Below, piece after piece: positions 50,783-59,477 of a DNA stretch of 64,000 bases; the first letter of the stretch is position 1; every line of letters begins with the position of its first letter. Below the pieces are notes generated by a model. The model made no database searches. It had not been told where the DNA came from and was given only the letters and a program-made list of their open reading frames with translations. Position numbers and translations under genes: made by a program. The DNA is taken from the NCBI GenBank assembly GCA_965237415.1, contig CBDEFM010000002.1:704001-768000 (forward strand). Direction: 5' to 3'. Source of the DNA: Alphaproteobacteria bacterium (GTDB taxonomy: Bacteria; Pseudomonadota; Alphaproteobacteria; UBA828).

Positions 50783-51577
50783 CTATCCGGCGACGCGTTC
50801 CAACCGCTGTGTTTCCGGAAGTTCGAGCAACGCGCGGATGTGGCCGGCGAGGCGCACCGCCCAGGTCTCGACCGCCTCGACCGTGCGGATCTCGCTGTTG
50901 CGGATTTCGATGAGAAGCGAGGACAGTCCCCGACCCTCGGCGTGCACGGGCACGGTGTAGTCGGTAAGCACGCCAAAGTCGTAGGGTTCGTTGGCGCCGA
51001 CCACGAGGCCGTCGGCCCGCAGCCGCTCGATCAAGGGGGCCGCCATTCGCCGGTCCTTGTCCCAGCAGATGCCGATCTCCCACGGGCGCGGGTCGCCGCC
51101 GGCAAGTTGCGGCGTGAAGCTGTGGACCGCTACCAGCACGGGAACCAGGCTGTTGCCGGTCATGCGATCGAGGGCGGCGGCAATGGCGTCGTGATAGGGC
51201 GTGAATATCTCTGCAATCCGCGCGTCCACCGCCGCCTGGTCGAGGCCATTGTTGCCGGGCACCGGAACAGAATCGCTCACCGGTGGAATCCTGTCCGGCG
51301 CCGCGGCAGGGCGATTGCAGTCGATCACCAGCCGGGAATAGCCGGCGAGAACCGCCGGGGCGTCGAGGAGTGCCGAGAGACGCCGGCCCACGGCTCCCGC
51401 CCCGATGTCCCAACCGATATGCTCTGTGCGCTCGACCTCGCTTACGCCGAGAGTGCCGAGCGCGGCGGGAATTCGGCAGCTCGCGTGGTCGCAGACAACG
51501 AGCGCCCGCGACGTGCCCCTCTCGTTAAGCGTTTCGAAGGGCGGCGGGTCGCCGGGCCCCAGCAGCGGCGCAGTCAT
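50783..51577 (-). CDS. N-formylglutamate amidohydrolase family protein
   Basis: CDHAS, HIGWDIGA, SRLVIDCNR, HSFTP, NEPY. Confidence 0.92.
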   Translation of the reverse strand: MTAPLLGPGDPPPFETLNERGTSRALVVCDHASCRIPAALGTLGVSEVERTEHIGWDIGAGAVGRRLSALLDAPAVLAGYSRLVIDCNRPAAAPDRIPPVSDSVPVPGNNGLDQAAVDARIAEIFTPYHDAIAAALDRMTGNSLVPVLVAVHSFTPQLAGGDPRPWEIGICWDKDRRMAAPLIERLRADGLVVGANEPYDFGVLTDYTVPVHAEGRGLSSLLIEIRNSEIRTVEAVETWAVRLAGHIRALLELPETQRLERVAG

Positions 51578-51585
51578 CGGCGCGC

Positions 51586-52731
51586 CTAGACCCTGTAAAT
51601 GCGCCGGGCGTTATCGACGCCGATGAGGGACGCAATCCGCTCGGCTTCGGCAACCGTGCATTCGTCCTCTTCCACCCAGCGCCCGAGAGCACGGGTGAGA
51701 GAGGTGCGGAAGCGCCGCGCCCCCAGATAGTAGAGTTCCGCGAGGCCGAAGGCGTCGGAGCTGTAGAGCTGCTTCGTGAAGGGCACGAGCTCGAGCGCCT
51801 CATCCATGATCCGCTGGTAGCTCGGCCCCACCCAGTTCAACGCGAAGCCCACGTCGAAATAGACCTGCGGAAAGTTCTCCGCCATCAGGCCCGCCTCGCG
51901 GTGGAAGGGGTAGCAGTGGAGGAGCGTGATGGGGAAGCCCCAAGGCTCCACCGCCTTGATCCATGGTGTGAGATGGCTCGGGTCCACCCGGTGGAGTTCG
52001 ATGTCGGGATCGCCGATGCCGATATGGAACTGGATCGGGAAGCCGCGTTCGCGTGCGATGTCAGCGCCGGTCCAGATCAGATTCCGCTCGATCACCGGGT
52101 CGGTGAGGCGCACCGTGCCAGTCTGCTCGATCTCGGCGAGCCAGCGTCCGGCCGCGGCCTCGACCTCGTCGGGCGTCGGGCTTCCGTAGTCGATGCGGAG
52201 CGTCGCGCGATAGGCCAGGATCGACTTGAGGCCGACGACGTTCTCATCGTCGATGGCGTCGCGCACGGCTGTCTCGAAGGCCTGTCGGTAATCCCCCGCC
52301 GAGATGCCGCCCTGCACGACGCTCTCTGCGACCGACTCCATCCGCACGATTTCCCGCGCCGGCGCACCGGCGATCGCGCCGACGTCGGATACGCTGCAAA
52401 GCTCCTCCGGCCGGTTGCCGCTATCGACGATGTAGGTGCCGATCCCGGATCCGGCGAGGAAGCGCCGGTTTACCTCAGCCGCACCGAGCGCACGGCGACG
52501 CTCGGCGTACTCCGCCGGCGGGCAGAGCGGGGGCAGGTCAAGAACCGGCGCGCACCAGCGCCGGACGCTGAGCGCGACCGGCTTGTCCCAGTGGCTCGTG
52601 CCGGGCGGTGCCGGGGCAAAGGCCTCGCTCAGCGAATCTGCGAGTCGCTCGTCGTCCAGGTCCGCGGGAAACAAGCCGTGGCAGTGATGGTCGACGAGCG
52701 GCAACGCGTCGGCAATGTCACTAATAGGCAT
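51586..52731 (-). CDS. Amidohydrolase (FluG N-domain/nodulin-like)
   Basis: VDHHCH, KSILAYR, QFHIG.GD, LLHCYPF, YSSDA. Confidence 0.88.
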   Translation of the reverse strand: MPISDIADALPLVDHHCHGLFPADLDDERLADSLSEAFAPAPPGTSHWDKPVALSVRRWCAPVLDLPPLCPPAEYAERRRALGAAEVNRRFLAGSGIGTYIVDSGNRPEELCSVSDVGAIAGAPAREIVRMESVAESVVQGGISAGDYRQAFETAVRDAIDDENVVGLKSILAYRATLRIDYGSPTPDEVEAAAGRWLAEIEQTGTVRLTDPVIERNLIWTGADIARERGFPIQFHIGIGDPDIELHRVDPSHLTPWIKAVEPWGFPITLLHCYPFHREAGLMAENFPQVYFDVGFALNWVGPSYQRIMDEALELVPFTKQLYSSDAFGLAELYYLGARRFRTSLTRALGRWVEEDECTVAEAERIASLIGVDNARRIYRV

Positions 52732-54040
52732 CGAGATAGCTCCGAATCACTGCGTCGGGAGAGGCCTCGGCCACCGCCGCGAGCTCGTGACGCTTGAGCG
52801 AACCATAGGCCTGCCAGAGCGCATCTGGAAACCAGCCGCGCACCTCGTCGTCTGCTTCCGCCACCGCCAGCGCTTCTTCGAGCGAACGCGGAAGCCAGCG
52901 GACGTCAAGCGCCTCTCGCTCCGCATCGGTGAGATCGGACGGATCGCGCTCGACCAGGGGCGGAGTCGGCAAGCCCTCGCGCAGGCCTTCGAGCCCGGCG
53001 TGGACCAGGACAGCCAGTGTCAGATGGGGCGAGGCTGCGGCATCGGCGGGGCGAAATTCAAAGTTGTACTGGCGCGCGTCGATGCCGCCGGGCCCGTGCC
53101 GGCCTGCACAGATGCGGATCGCCGCCTCCCGGTTATCGGCGCCGAAGGCCGCGGCCCCGCCCGCCCAGTGGCCCGGTGCGAGCCGCAGGTAGGAGACCGG
53201 CGACGGCGCCGTGAACACCGTGAGCGCCGGCAGGCGACGCATGATCCCCGCGACGAAGCTTCCGGCCTGCGCGGCGACGCCAGCCGGCTGCGACGGATCG
53301 TGCGAAACCGGCGCGCCCGTGAGATCTTGCAGGCTGAAGTGCACGTGGACGCCATTGCCGAAGCCCTGTGCCGCGATCATCGGCGTGAAGCTTGCGCGGT
53401 AGCCCTCGCGCCCGGCGACGGCGCGCACGAGCTCGCGCACCATGAGTGCCCGGTCGGCGGCAGCGAGGCCGAGCGCCGGCCGGCAGTTCACCTCGTACTG
53501 GCCGGGCCCGCCTTCCGGCTCGAAGGTTTCCGGCTCGAGACCTGCCGCACGCAGCGCCGCGATCAGCACGGCGCCGAAGGACAACGCCTGCTCGTGGGCG
53601 ATGATGCTGTAGTTGGGTCCGGGCCGCTCCAGCCCCTCCACCAGGTAGAACTCCTGCTCGAAGGCAACCATCAGCCGGAGCCCGAACGTGCATTCTAAAT
53701 CGTCCAGCGCCCGCCGTAGAAATGCCCTGAGGCACGCCTCCCAGGCGGTGCCGTCCGGGGCTATGCCATCGCAGATATAGGCGTGGAAAGGTGGCTGTTC
53801 CGGCCACAGATCGACGCGCGCGCCAGCACTCCTGTCGGGCGCCAGCCACACATCGCCGAGCGCGCCCCAAGGGCTCGGAGCGAGCGTGGAGAGAGGGCTG
53901 ATCGCCTGCGCCACCGGCACCCAACCGATGCCCGTTTCGAGGCGCTGATCGAGGTCTACGGCAGGGAACGCGCGCCCGCGCATGAGGCCGGCCAGATCGG
54001 GCCATCCGAGAAAGATCAGCTCTTCGCCCCTCATCCGCAC
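52721..54040 (-). CDS. Glutamine synthetase-like gamma-glutamyl ligase
   Basis: FEQEF, EGGPGQYE, GNGVHVHFSL, NREAAIR, FEFRPAD. Confidence 0.9.
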   Translation of the reverse strand: MRMRGEELIFLGWPDLAGLMRGRAFPAVDLDQRLETGIGWVPVAQAISPLSTLAPSPWGALGDVWLAPDRSAGARVDLWPEQPPFHAYICDGIAPDGTAWEACLRAFLRRALDDLECTFGLRLMVAFEQEFYLVEGLERPGPNYSIIAHEQALSFGAVLIAALRAAGLEPETFEPEGGPGQYEVNCRPALGLAAADRALMVRELVRAVAGREGYRASFTPMIAAQGFGNGVHVHFSLQDLTGAPVSHDPSQPAGVAAQAGSFVAGIMRRLPALTVFTAPSPVSYLRLAPGHWAGGAAAFGADNREAAIRICAGRHGPGGIDARQYNFEFRPADAAASPHLTLAVLVHAGLEGLREGLPTPPLVERDPSDLTDAEREALDVRWLPRSLEEALAVAEADDEVRGWFPDALWQAYGSLKRHELAAVAEASPDAVIRSYLDAY

Positions 54041-54063
54041 CCTCGCTTCGCCGCGCTGTCACT

Positions 54064-54172
54064 CTAGCCCGGAATTCTCGCCACGGTCATGGCCCGCGCG
54101 ATGCCGTCCGCCCGAGAGCAGGAAAGTCGCGCAGCGCATCGTGCGCCCCCGCGCGCGTTCCGCGTGACGCTC
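54064..54172. repeat. Degenerate half copy of the 59184-59454 element
   Basis: ctagcccggaattctc...gtcatgg...gcaggaa...cgcgcagcgc...gcgtgacgc matches reverse complement of its right arm. Confidence 0.7.
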
Positions 54173-54209
54173 CGTGCTATCGTCCGCCCGCAACCGGCGG
54201 GAGGAGAGC

Positions 54210-54989
54210 ATGGCGATTACGTTGCAGGGAAAGGCCGCGATCGTAACCGGGGCGGGCCGCGGCATCGGCAAAGGCATCGCAGCGGTGTTCGCGAAGGAAG
54301 GCGCAAGGGTGCTTGTGGTGAATCGAAGCGCCGACGCGGGCCAGGCCTCGACGAAGGAGATCGTCGCGGCCGGCGGCGAGGCGTCGTTTCTCCAGGCCAA
54401 CGTCAAGAATCGCGCCGACATGGAGCGAATGGCGGCGACCTGTATCGAGCGCTACGGCGCCATCGACATCCTCTGCGCCAACGCCGGCGTCTTCCCTACG
54501 TCCCATATCGTCGACATGACCGACGAGGTCTGGGACGACGTGCTCGACACCAACCTGAAGGGCGTTTTCTACGGCGTCCGGGCGTGCATCCCGCAGATGA
54601 CGGCGCAGGCGCAGGGTCGCATCGTTGTCATCTCGTCGATCACCGGCCCCAATGTGGGCTGGCCGGGGCTTTCCCACTACATGGCCTCCAAGGGGGGCGT
54701 GAACGCGTTCGTCATGGGCGCTGCGTTGGAGCTCGCCAAGCACAACATCACGGTGAACGCGATCTCCCCCGGCACCATCATGACGCAGGGCCTGATGGAG
54801 CTCGGCGGCGACCAGGTCAACGAAATCACGGCAATCATTCCAGCCGGCTATATCGGCGAGACCGAGGACATCGCCTATGCCGCGGTCTACCTCGCCAGCG
54901 ATCAGGCGCGATACATCACCGGCCAGGCGCTGGTGCTCGACGGCGGTCAGATCCTGCCGGAGAGCCCGGCCGCGCTCGCCGACGTGTAA
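54210..54989 (+). CDS. SDR oxidoreductase (FabG-like)
   Basis: TGAGRGIG, ANAG, SSITG, YMASK. Confidence 0.9.
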   Translation: MAITLQGKAAIVTGAGRGIGKGIAAVFAKEGARVLVVNRSADAGQASTKEIVAAGGEASFLQANVKNRADMERMAATCIERYGAIDILCANAGVFPTSHIVDMTDEVWDDVLDTNLKGVFYGVRACIPQMTAQAQGRIVVISSITGPNVGWPGLSHYMASKGGVNAFVMGAALELAKHNITVNAISPGTIMTQGLMELGGDQVNEITAIIPAGYIGETEDIAYAAVYLASDQARYITGQALVLDGGQILPESPAALADV

Positions 54990-55020
54990 GGGAGCCTTCG
55001 TGCGCGGCGGCTGTCCCCGA

Positions 55021-55048
55021 TTGACAAACGCCCCGCCCCCGCTATCGA
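55021..55048 (+). promoter_or_regulatory. Probable promoter of tRNA-Arg
   Basis: TTGACA at 55021, TATCGA at 55043. Confidence 0.5.
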
Positions 55049-55059
55049 TGGAGCGCGGA

Positions 55060-55136
55060 GCGCCCGTAGCTCAGCCGGATAGAGCACTTGATTCCTAATC
55101 AAGGGGTCGCAGGTTCGAGTCCTGCCGGGCGCGCCA
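55060..55136 (+). tRNA. tRNA-Arg(CCT)
   Basis: Cloverleaf, anticodon arm cttga-ttcctaa-tcaag, GTTCGA T-loop, CCA end. Confidence 0.95.
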
Positions 55137-55201
55137 GCATCATCCCCCTGCCCTGCCGCACCGTGGCGCGTGCGCACCCCCGCCGCCGACTGGCAGATAA
55201 A

Positions 55202-55278
<77 letters not shown>

Positions 55279-55370
55279 ACCGGCCCGCACGGAGCGGCAC
55301 ACCGCCGCCGCCGGGCCGCGCGCACTATAGCGCCCGGCTTCAGGCACGGCCAACGTTCCGTGTGGAGGGG

Positions 55371-56246
55371 CGCGCCATCAATCACTCCTTGGGGGCCGGC
55401 ATCGACAGGTGCGACGTCGTGCGCATTAACGCTCGGTCCTTCTGCGAAGAGCTCGTTGAGGACCCGCGGCTGCTTCGCCCTGCGACGAACCCGAGGGCCT
55501 GGTCGTATGTGCGCTCGCTGGTCGGGGATCGCCGAGTGGAGAGGCCCAGGGAGTGCCAGATCGCCCTGCGCTTTCCACGGCCCGAAGGAACGCCCCGCAC
55601 GCTCGATGCTCCACACCTGGACGGCTACCACACGCCGTACAACGGCATTCCGGACGACGGTGTCGTGTATGGGTTCACGCTTCTGCTCGGCGTCATGCTG
55701 AGCGACGCGGATGAGCCCCTGAGCGGAAACTTTACTGTTCCTGCTTATCCATGAAAGTCCGCTCACCGATGCCTTGTTCCTGCTCGTGTCTAAGTCCGAC
55801 GAGGTCACAACGACGTAGGCGGGAGTTGCACGGTGCGGACTCGGATATGGCACAGCGACTGGAAACCGCGATGGCTCATACGTTGCGTCTCGGCAGCCTT
55901 GCTGAGCTTCATGGATAAGCAGGTTACTGTTTGACCCGGCACGTACCTGAAGCTCGAGCGGCACTTCCGGGTTCACGGCGTCCATTCCCTCGAACGGGGC
56001 GACGTGACGACATCCGGGATTCGTCTTCCGCGCCCCATACCCATCACGGGGAAGTCGAGCGACATCATCCTCGCCCACTACCAGCTCGCCCACGCCGCAT
56101 CGCCGAACCTGTCCGGTGACATTCGCTACATGTGCTTTTTCCGGCTCTCGGTGCGCGGATTGGCCAATCACCGCGTCGATTCGATGCTGGACATTTGGCG
56201 CGACTGGCCAGCGCTCGGCAGATTTGTTGGGCGCAGTTCAGACTGA
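55371..56246 (+). pseudogene. PhyH-family dioxygenase pseudogene interrupted by MITE
   Basis: RAINHSLG, QIALRFP, PHLDG, GNFTV[insert]*PGT, AHYQLAH..SPN.S..IRY; no clear start. Confidence 0.82.
55740..55923. mobile_element. 184-bp MITE, IS1595-family derivative
   Basis: 16-bp TIR cctgcttatccatgaa; 8-bp TSD ttactgtt (55732-55739, 55924-55931). Confidence 0.92.
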
Positions 56247-56270
56247 AACACAATTGAACAACCCAAAGCC

Positions 56271-56299
56271 TTGACGCGCGGGCTGCCGTGGTCTCTAGT
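56271..56299 (+). promoter_or_regulatory. Sigma70-type promoter of metZ leader
   Basis: TTGACG-N17-TCTAGT. Confidence 0.6.
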
Positions 56300-56302
56300 T
56301 CA

Positions 56303-56372
56303 CGAACGTGGCGATTTGGGCGACCGGCTTGCGGCCACGCTAAAAAAGCGCGCTAAAAGGTCGAAGGGAGGG
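56303..56372 (+). ncRNA. SAM-II (SAM-alpha) riboswitch
   Basis: cgtggcgatttg...ggcttgcggccacg...gctaaa consensus upstream of metZ. Confidence 0.88.
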
Positions 56373-56399
56373 ACCCCGGCCAGCGCGGCCGGGGTTTTT
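56373..56399 (+). terminator. GC hairpin plus U-tract in metZ leader
   Basis: accccggcc-agcgc-ggccggggt-tttt. Confidence 0.7.
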
Positions 56400-56403
56400 G
56401 CAT

Positions 56404-57606
56404 ATGGGGCAGAGGGAACGCGAGCGGGGGTGGGCACCCGCGACCCAGCTGGTGCGTGGCGGGATCGACCGCTCGCATCACGGCGAGACCAACGAGGCGC
56501 TCTACCTGACCTCGGGCTTTGTCTACGACACGGCCGCGCAGGGCGACGCGCGCACGGCGGACGAAGAGGCGGGCTACGTCTACGGACGCTTCGGCAATCC
56601 CACCGTCACCATGTTCGAGGATCGCCTCGCCCTGATCGAGGGCGCGGACGCCTGCCAGGCGACGGCGAGCGGCATGGCGGCGGTCTTCGCGGCGCTCATG
56701 AGCCAACTCCGCGCCGGCGATCACGTCGTGGCCTCCCAAGTCATGTTCGGCGCGTGCCACGTGGTGATCGACCAACTCCTGCCCCGCTACGGGATCGAGA
56801 CCGACCTCGTTGACGGCACCGATCTCGACGCGTGGAAACGCGCGCTCAGGCCGGAGACCCGCTGCGTCTTCCTCGAAAGCCCCGGCAACCCGACCATGGC
56901 AATTGTCGACATCGCGGCGGTCTCGGCGCTGGCCCACCGCGTCGGCGCCCGTGTCATCGTGGACAATGTGCTCGGCATGCCGATGGTCCAGCGTCCCCTC
57001 GCCCTCGGCGCCGACATCGTGATCTATTCGACGACCAAGCACATCGACGGCCAGGGCCGCTGCCTCGGCGGTGCCATTCTGGGTCGCGACGACTTCTTCG
57101 CGAACAATCTGTTGCCCTTCATACGCACCACAGGTCCGATCATGAGCCCCTTCAATGCCTGGGTCATGCTCAAGGGGCTGGAGACGCTGGAGCTACGCAT
57201 CGAGCGCATGTGTGAGACGGCCGCGCGACTGGCTGCGTTTCTTGAAAGCCATCCGGCGGTCTCCGCCGTCCACTACCCGGGCCTGGCGAGCCATTCGCAG
57301 CACGGACTCGCAGCGAAGCAGATGAGCCGGGGCGGCAGCGTGATCGCGTTCGACCTCGCGGGCGGGTGGGACGCCGCCTTCCGCTTTCTCGATTCGCTGG
57401 AGCTGATCGACATCTCGAACAACTTGGGCGACGCCAAGAGCCTCGCCACCCACCCCGCCAGCACCACGCATCAGAAGATCGGCGCCGATGCCCGTGCCAC
57501 GCTCGGGATCGGCGATGGCCTCGTGCGCTTCTCGGTCGGGCTCGAAGCGGAGTCCGACTTACGAACGGATCTGGAGCACGCCCTGAGGGCGGCCGGAGGC
57601 CGCTGA
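56404..57606 (+). CDS. metZ: O-succinylhomoserine sulfhydrylase
   Basis: YGRFGNPT, ASGMAA, YSTTKHIDGQGR, ISNNLGDAKS. Confidence 0.93.
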   Translation: MGQRERERGWAPATQLVRGGIDRSHHGETNEALYLTSGFVYDTAAQGDARTADEEAGYVYGRFGNPTVTMFEDRLALIEGADACQATASGMAAVFAALMSQLRAGDHVVASQVMFGACHVVIDQLLPRYGIETDLVDGTDLDAWKRALRPETRCVFLESPGNPTMAIVDIAAVSALAHRVGARVIVDNVLGMPMVQRPLALGADIVIYSTTKHIDGQGRCLGGAILGRDDFFANNLLPFIRTTGPIMSPFNAWVMLKGLETLELRIERMCETAARLAAFLESHPAVSAVHYPGLASHSQHGLAAKQMSRGGSVIAFDLAGGWDAAFRFLDSLELIDISNNLGDAKSLATHPASTTHQKIGADARATLGIGDGLVRFSVGLEAESDLRTDLEHALRAAGGR

Positions 57607-57726
57607 GCGGTCCGACACATATCTTCGAACCGTGCCGCTCCTGTAGCGATCTTCTATGGCGCGGCGGGCGGCGCGGGTTTAGGCTTCCTCGCGTCACGAT
57701 AGCGAGTCCGACCCACGGCGACGCCG

Positions 57727-58479
57727 ATGAGCCTGCTTGAAGTTCACGAATTGTCCCGGCACTTCGGCGGCCTTGCTGCCGTCAACAATCTCTCCTTCAT
57801 CGTCGACGAAGGCGAGATCCACGGGCTGATCGGCCCGAACGGCGCCGGCAAGACCACGACTTTCAACGTCATCAGCGGCTTTTACAAGCCGACCGCCGGC
57901 GAAATCCTCTTCGGTGGACGCAGAATCTCGGGGCTTCGCCCGAGCCGGATTGCGGCACGGGGCGTGGTCCGCACTTTCCAGGCGACGACGCTCTTCCAGG
58001 AGCTCTCCGTCTTCGAGAATGTGCTGATCGGCTGCCACATGCAGTCACAGGTGGGGCCGTTCGGCGCGCTGCTGGGCACCAGCCGGCGCGCCGAGCGAGC
58101 ATCGGAAGTACGAGCTGCCGAAATTCTCGAGTTCATGGGCCTGGGCGACCGCCGCGACGACGAGACAGTCAACCTGCCGCACGGCCACCAACGGGCTCTC
58201 GGCATCGCGGTCGCGATCGCCGCCGAGCCCAAACTTATCCTGCTGGACGAACCCTTCACCGGCATGAACCCCGAAGAGACGCGGCAGATGATGGTGCTGG
58301 TGGAGCGCGTACGTAGCCAGGGTGTCACCATTCTCCTCGTGGAGCACGACATGCAGGCGGTCATGGGCCTCTGCGACCGGATCACGGTGCTGAGCTTCGG
58401 CGAGTTGCTTGCGGAAGGAACGCCCACCGAGATCCGCTCCGACCCGGCGGTGATCGAAGCCTATCTGGGAACAGCCTGA
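57727..58479 (+). CDS. ABC ATP-binding protein LivG-like
   Basis: GPNGAGKT, LLDEP, VEHDM, EAYLG. Confidence 0.92.
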   Translation: MSLLEVHELSRHFGGLAAVNNLSFIVDEGEIHGLIGPNGAGKTTTFNVISGFYKPTAGEILFGGRRISGLRPSRIAARGVVRTFQATTLFQELSVFENVLIGCHMQSQVGPFGALLGTSRRAERASEVRAAEILEFMGLGDRRDDETVNLPHGHQRALGIAVAIAAEPKLILLDEPFTGMNPEETRQMMVLVERVRSQGVTILLVEHDMQAVMGLCDRITVLSFGELLAEGTPTEIRSDPAVIEAYLGTA

Positions 58480-59183
<704 letters not shown>

Positions 59184-59187
<4 letters not shown>

Positions 59188-59454
59188 CCCGGAGTTCTCA
59201 CCAATGTCACGGCCTGCGTCGCGCCCAGACGTTCGATCCGCCAGGAGCGGGTCGAAAAGCGTAGCTGGAACTACGGTTGAGGCCCGCGACGCCGCGGGCG
59301 GCCGTCTGGGCACGACCCGAAGGGCGACGCTATCCGGCCGACAGTGTGCGTCACGCCGCTTGCCCGATGCCCCGCATCGCGCTGCGCGCCGTTCCTGCCC
59401 TGTCGGTCGGACAGCGCCGCGCAGACCATGACATTGGTGAGAATTCCGGGCTAG
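59184..59454. mobile_element. 271-bp MITE-like palindromic element flanked by CTAG
   Basis: 35-bp inverted ends ctagcccggaRttctcaccaatgtcaYggYctgcg (3 mismatches), nested internal hairpins. Confidence 0.85.
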
Positions 59455-59477
59455 GCCTTATCGGGCCGGGTGAGCCT

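Noticed and set aside
59277-59477. N-terminal extension of the oxidoreductase
   Set aside because: Lies within the MITE-like element; GTG 59478 is the more plausible start
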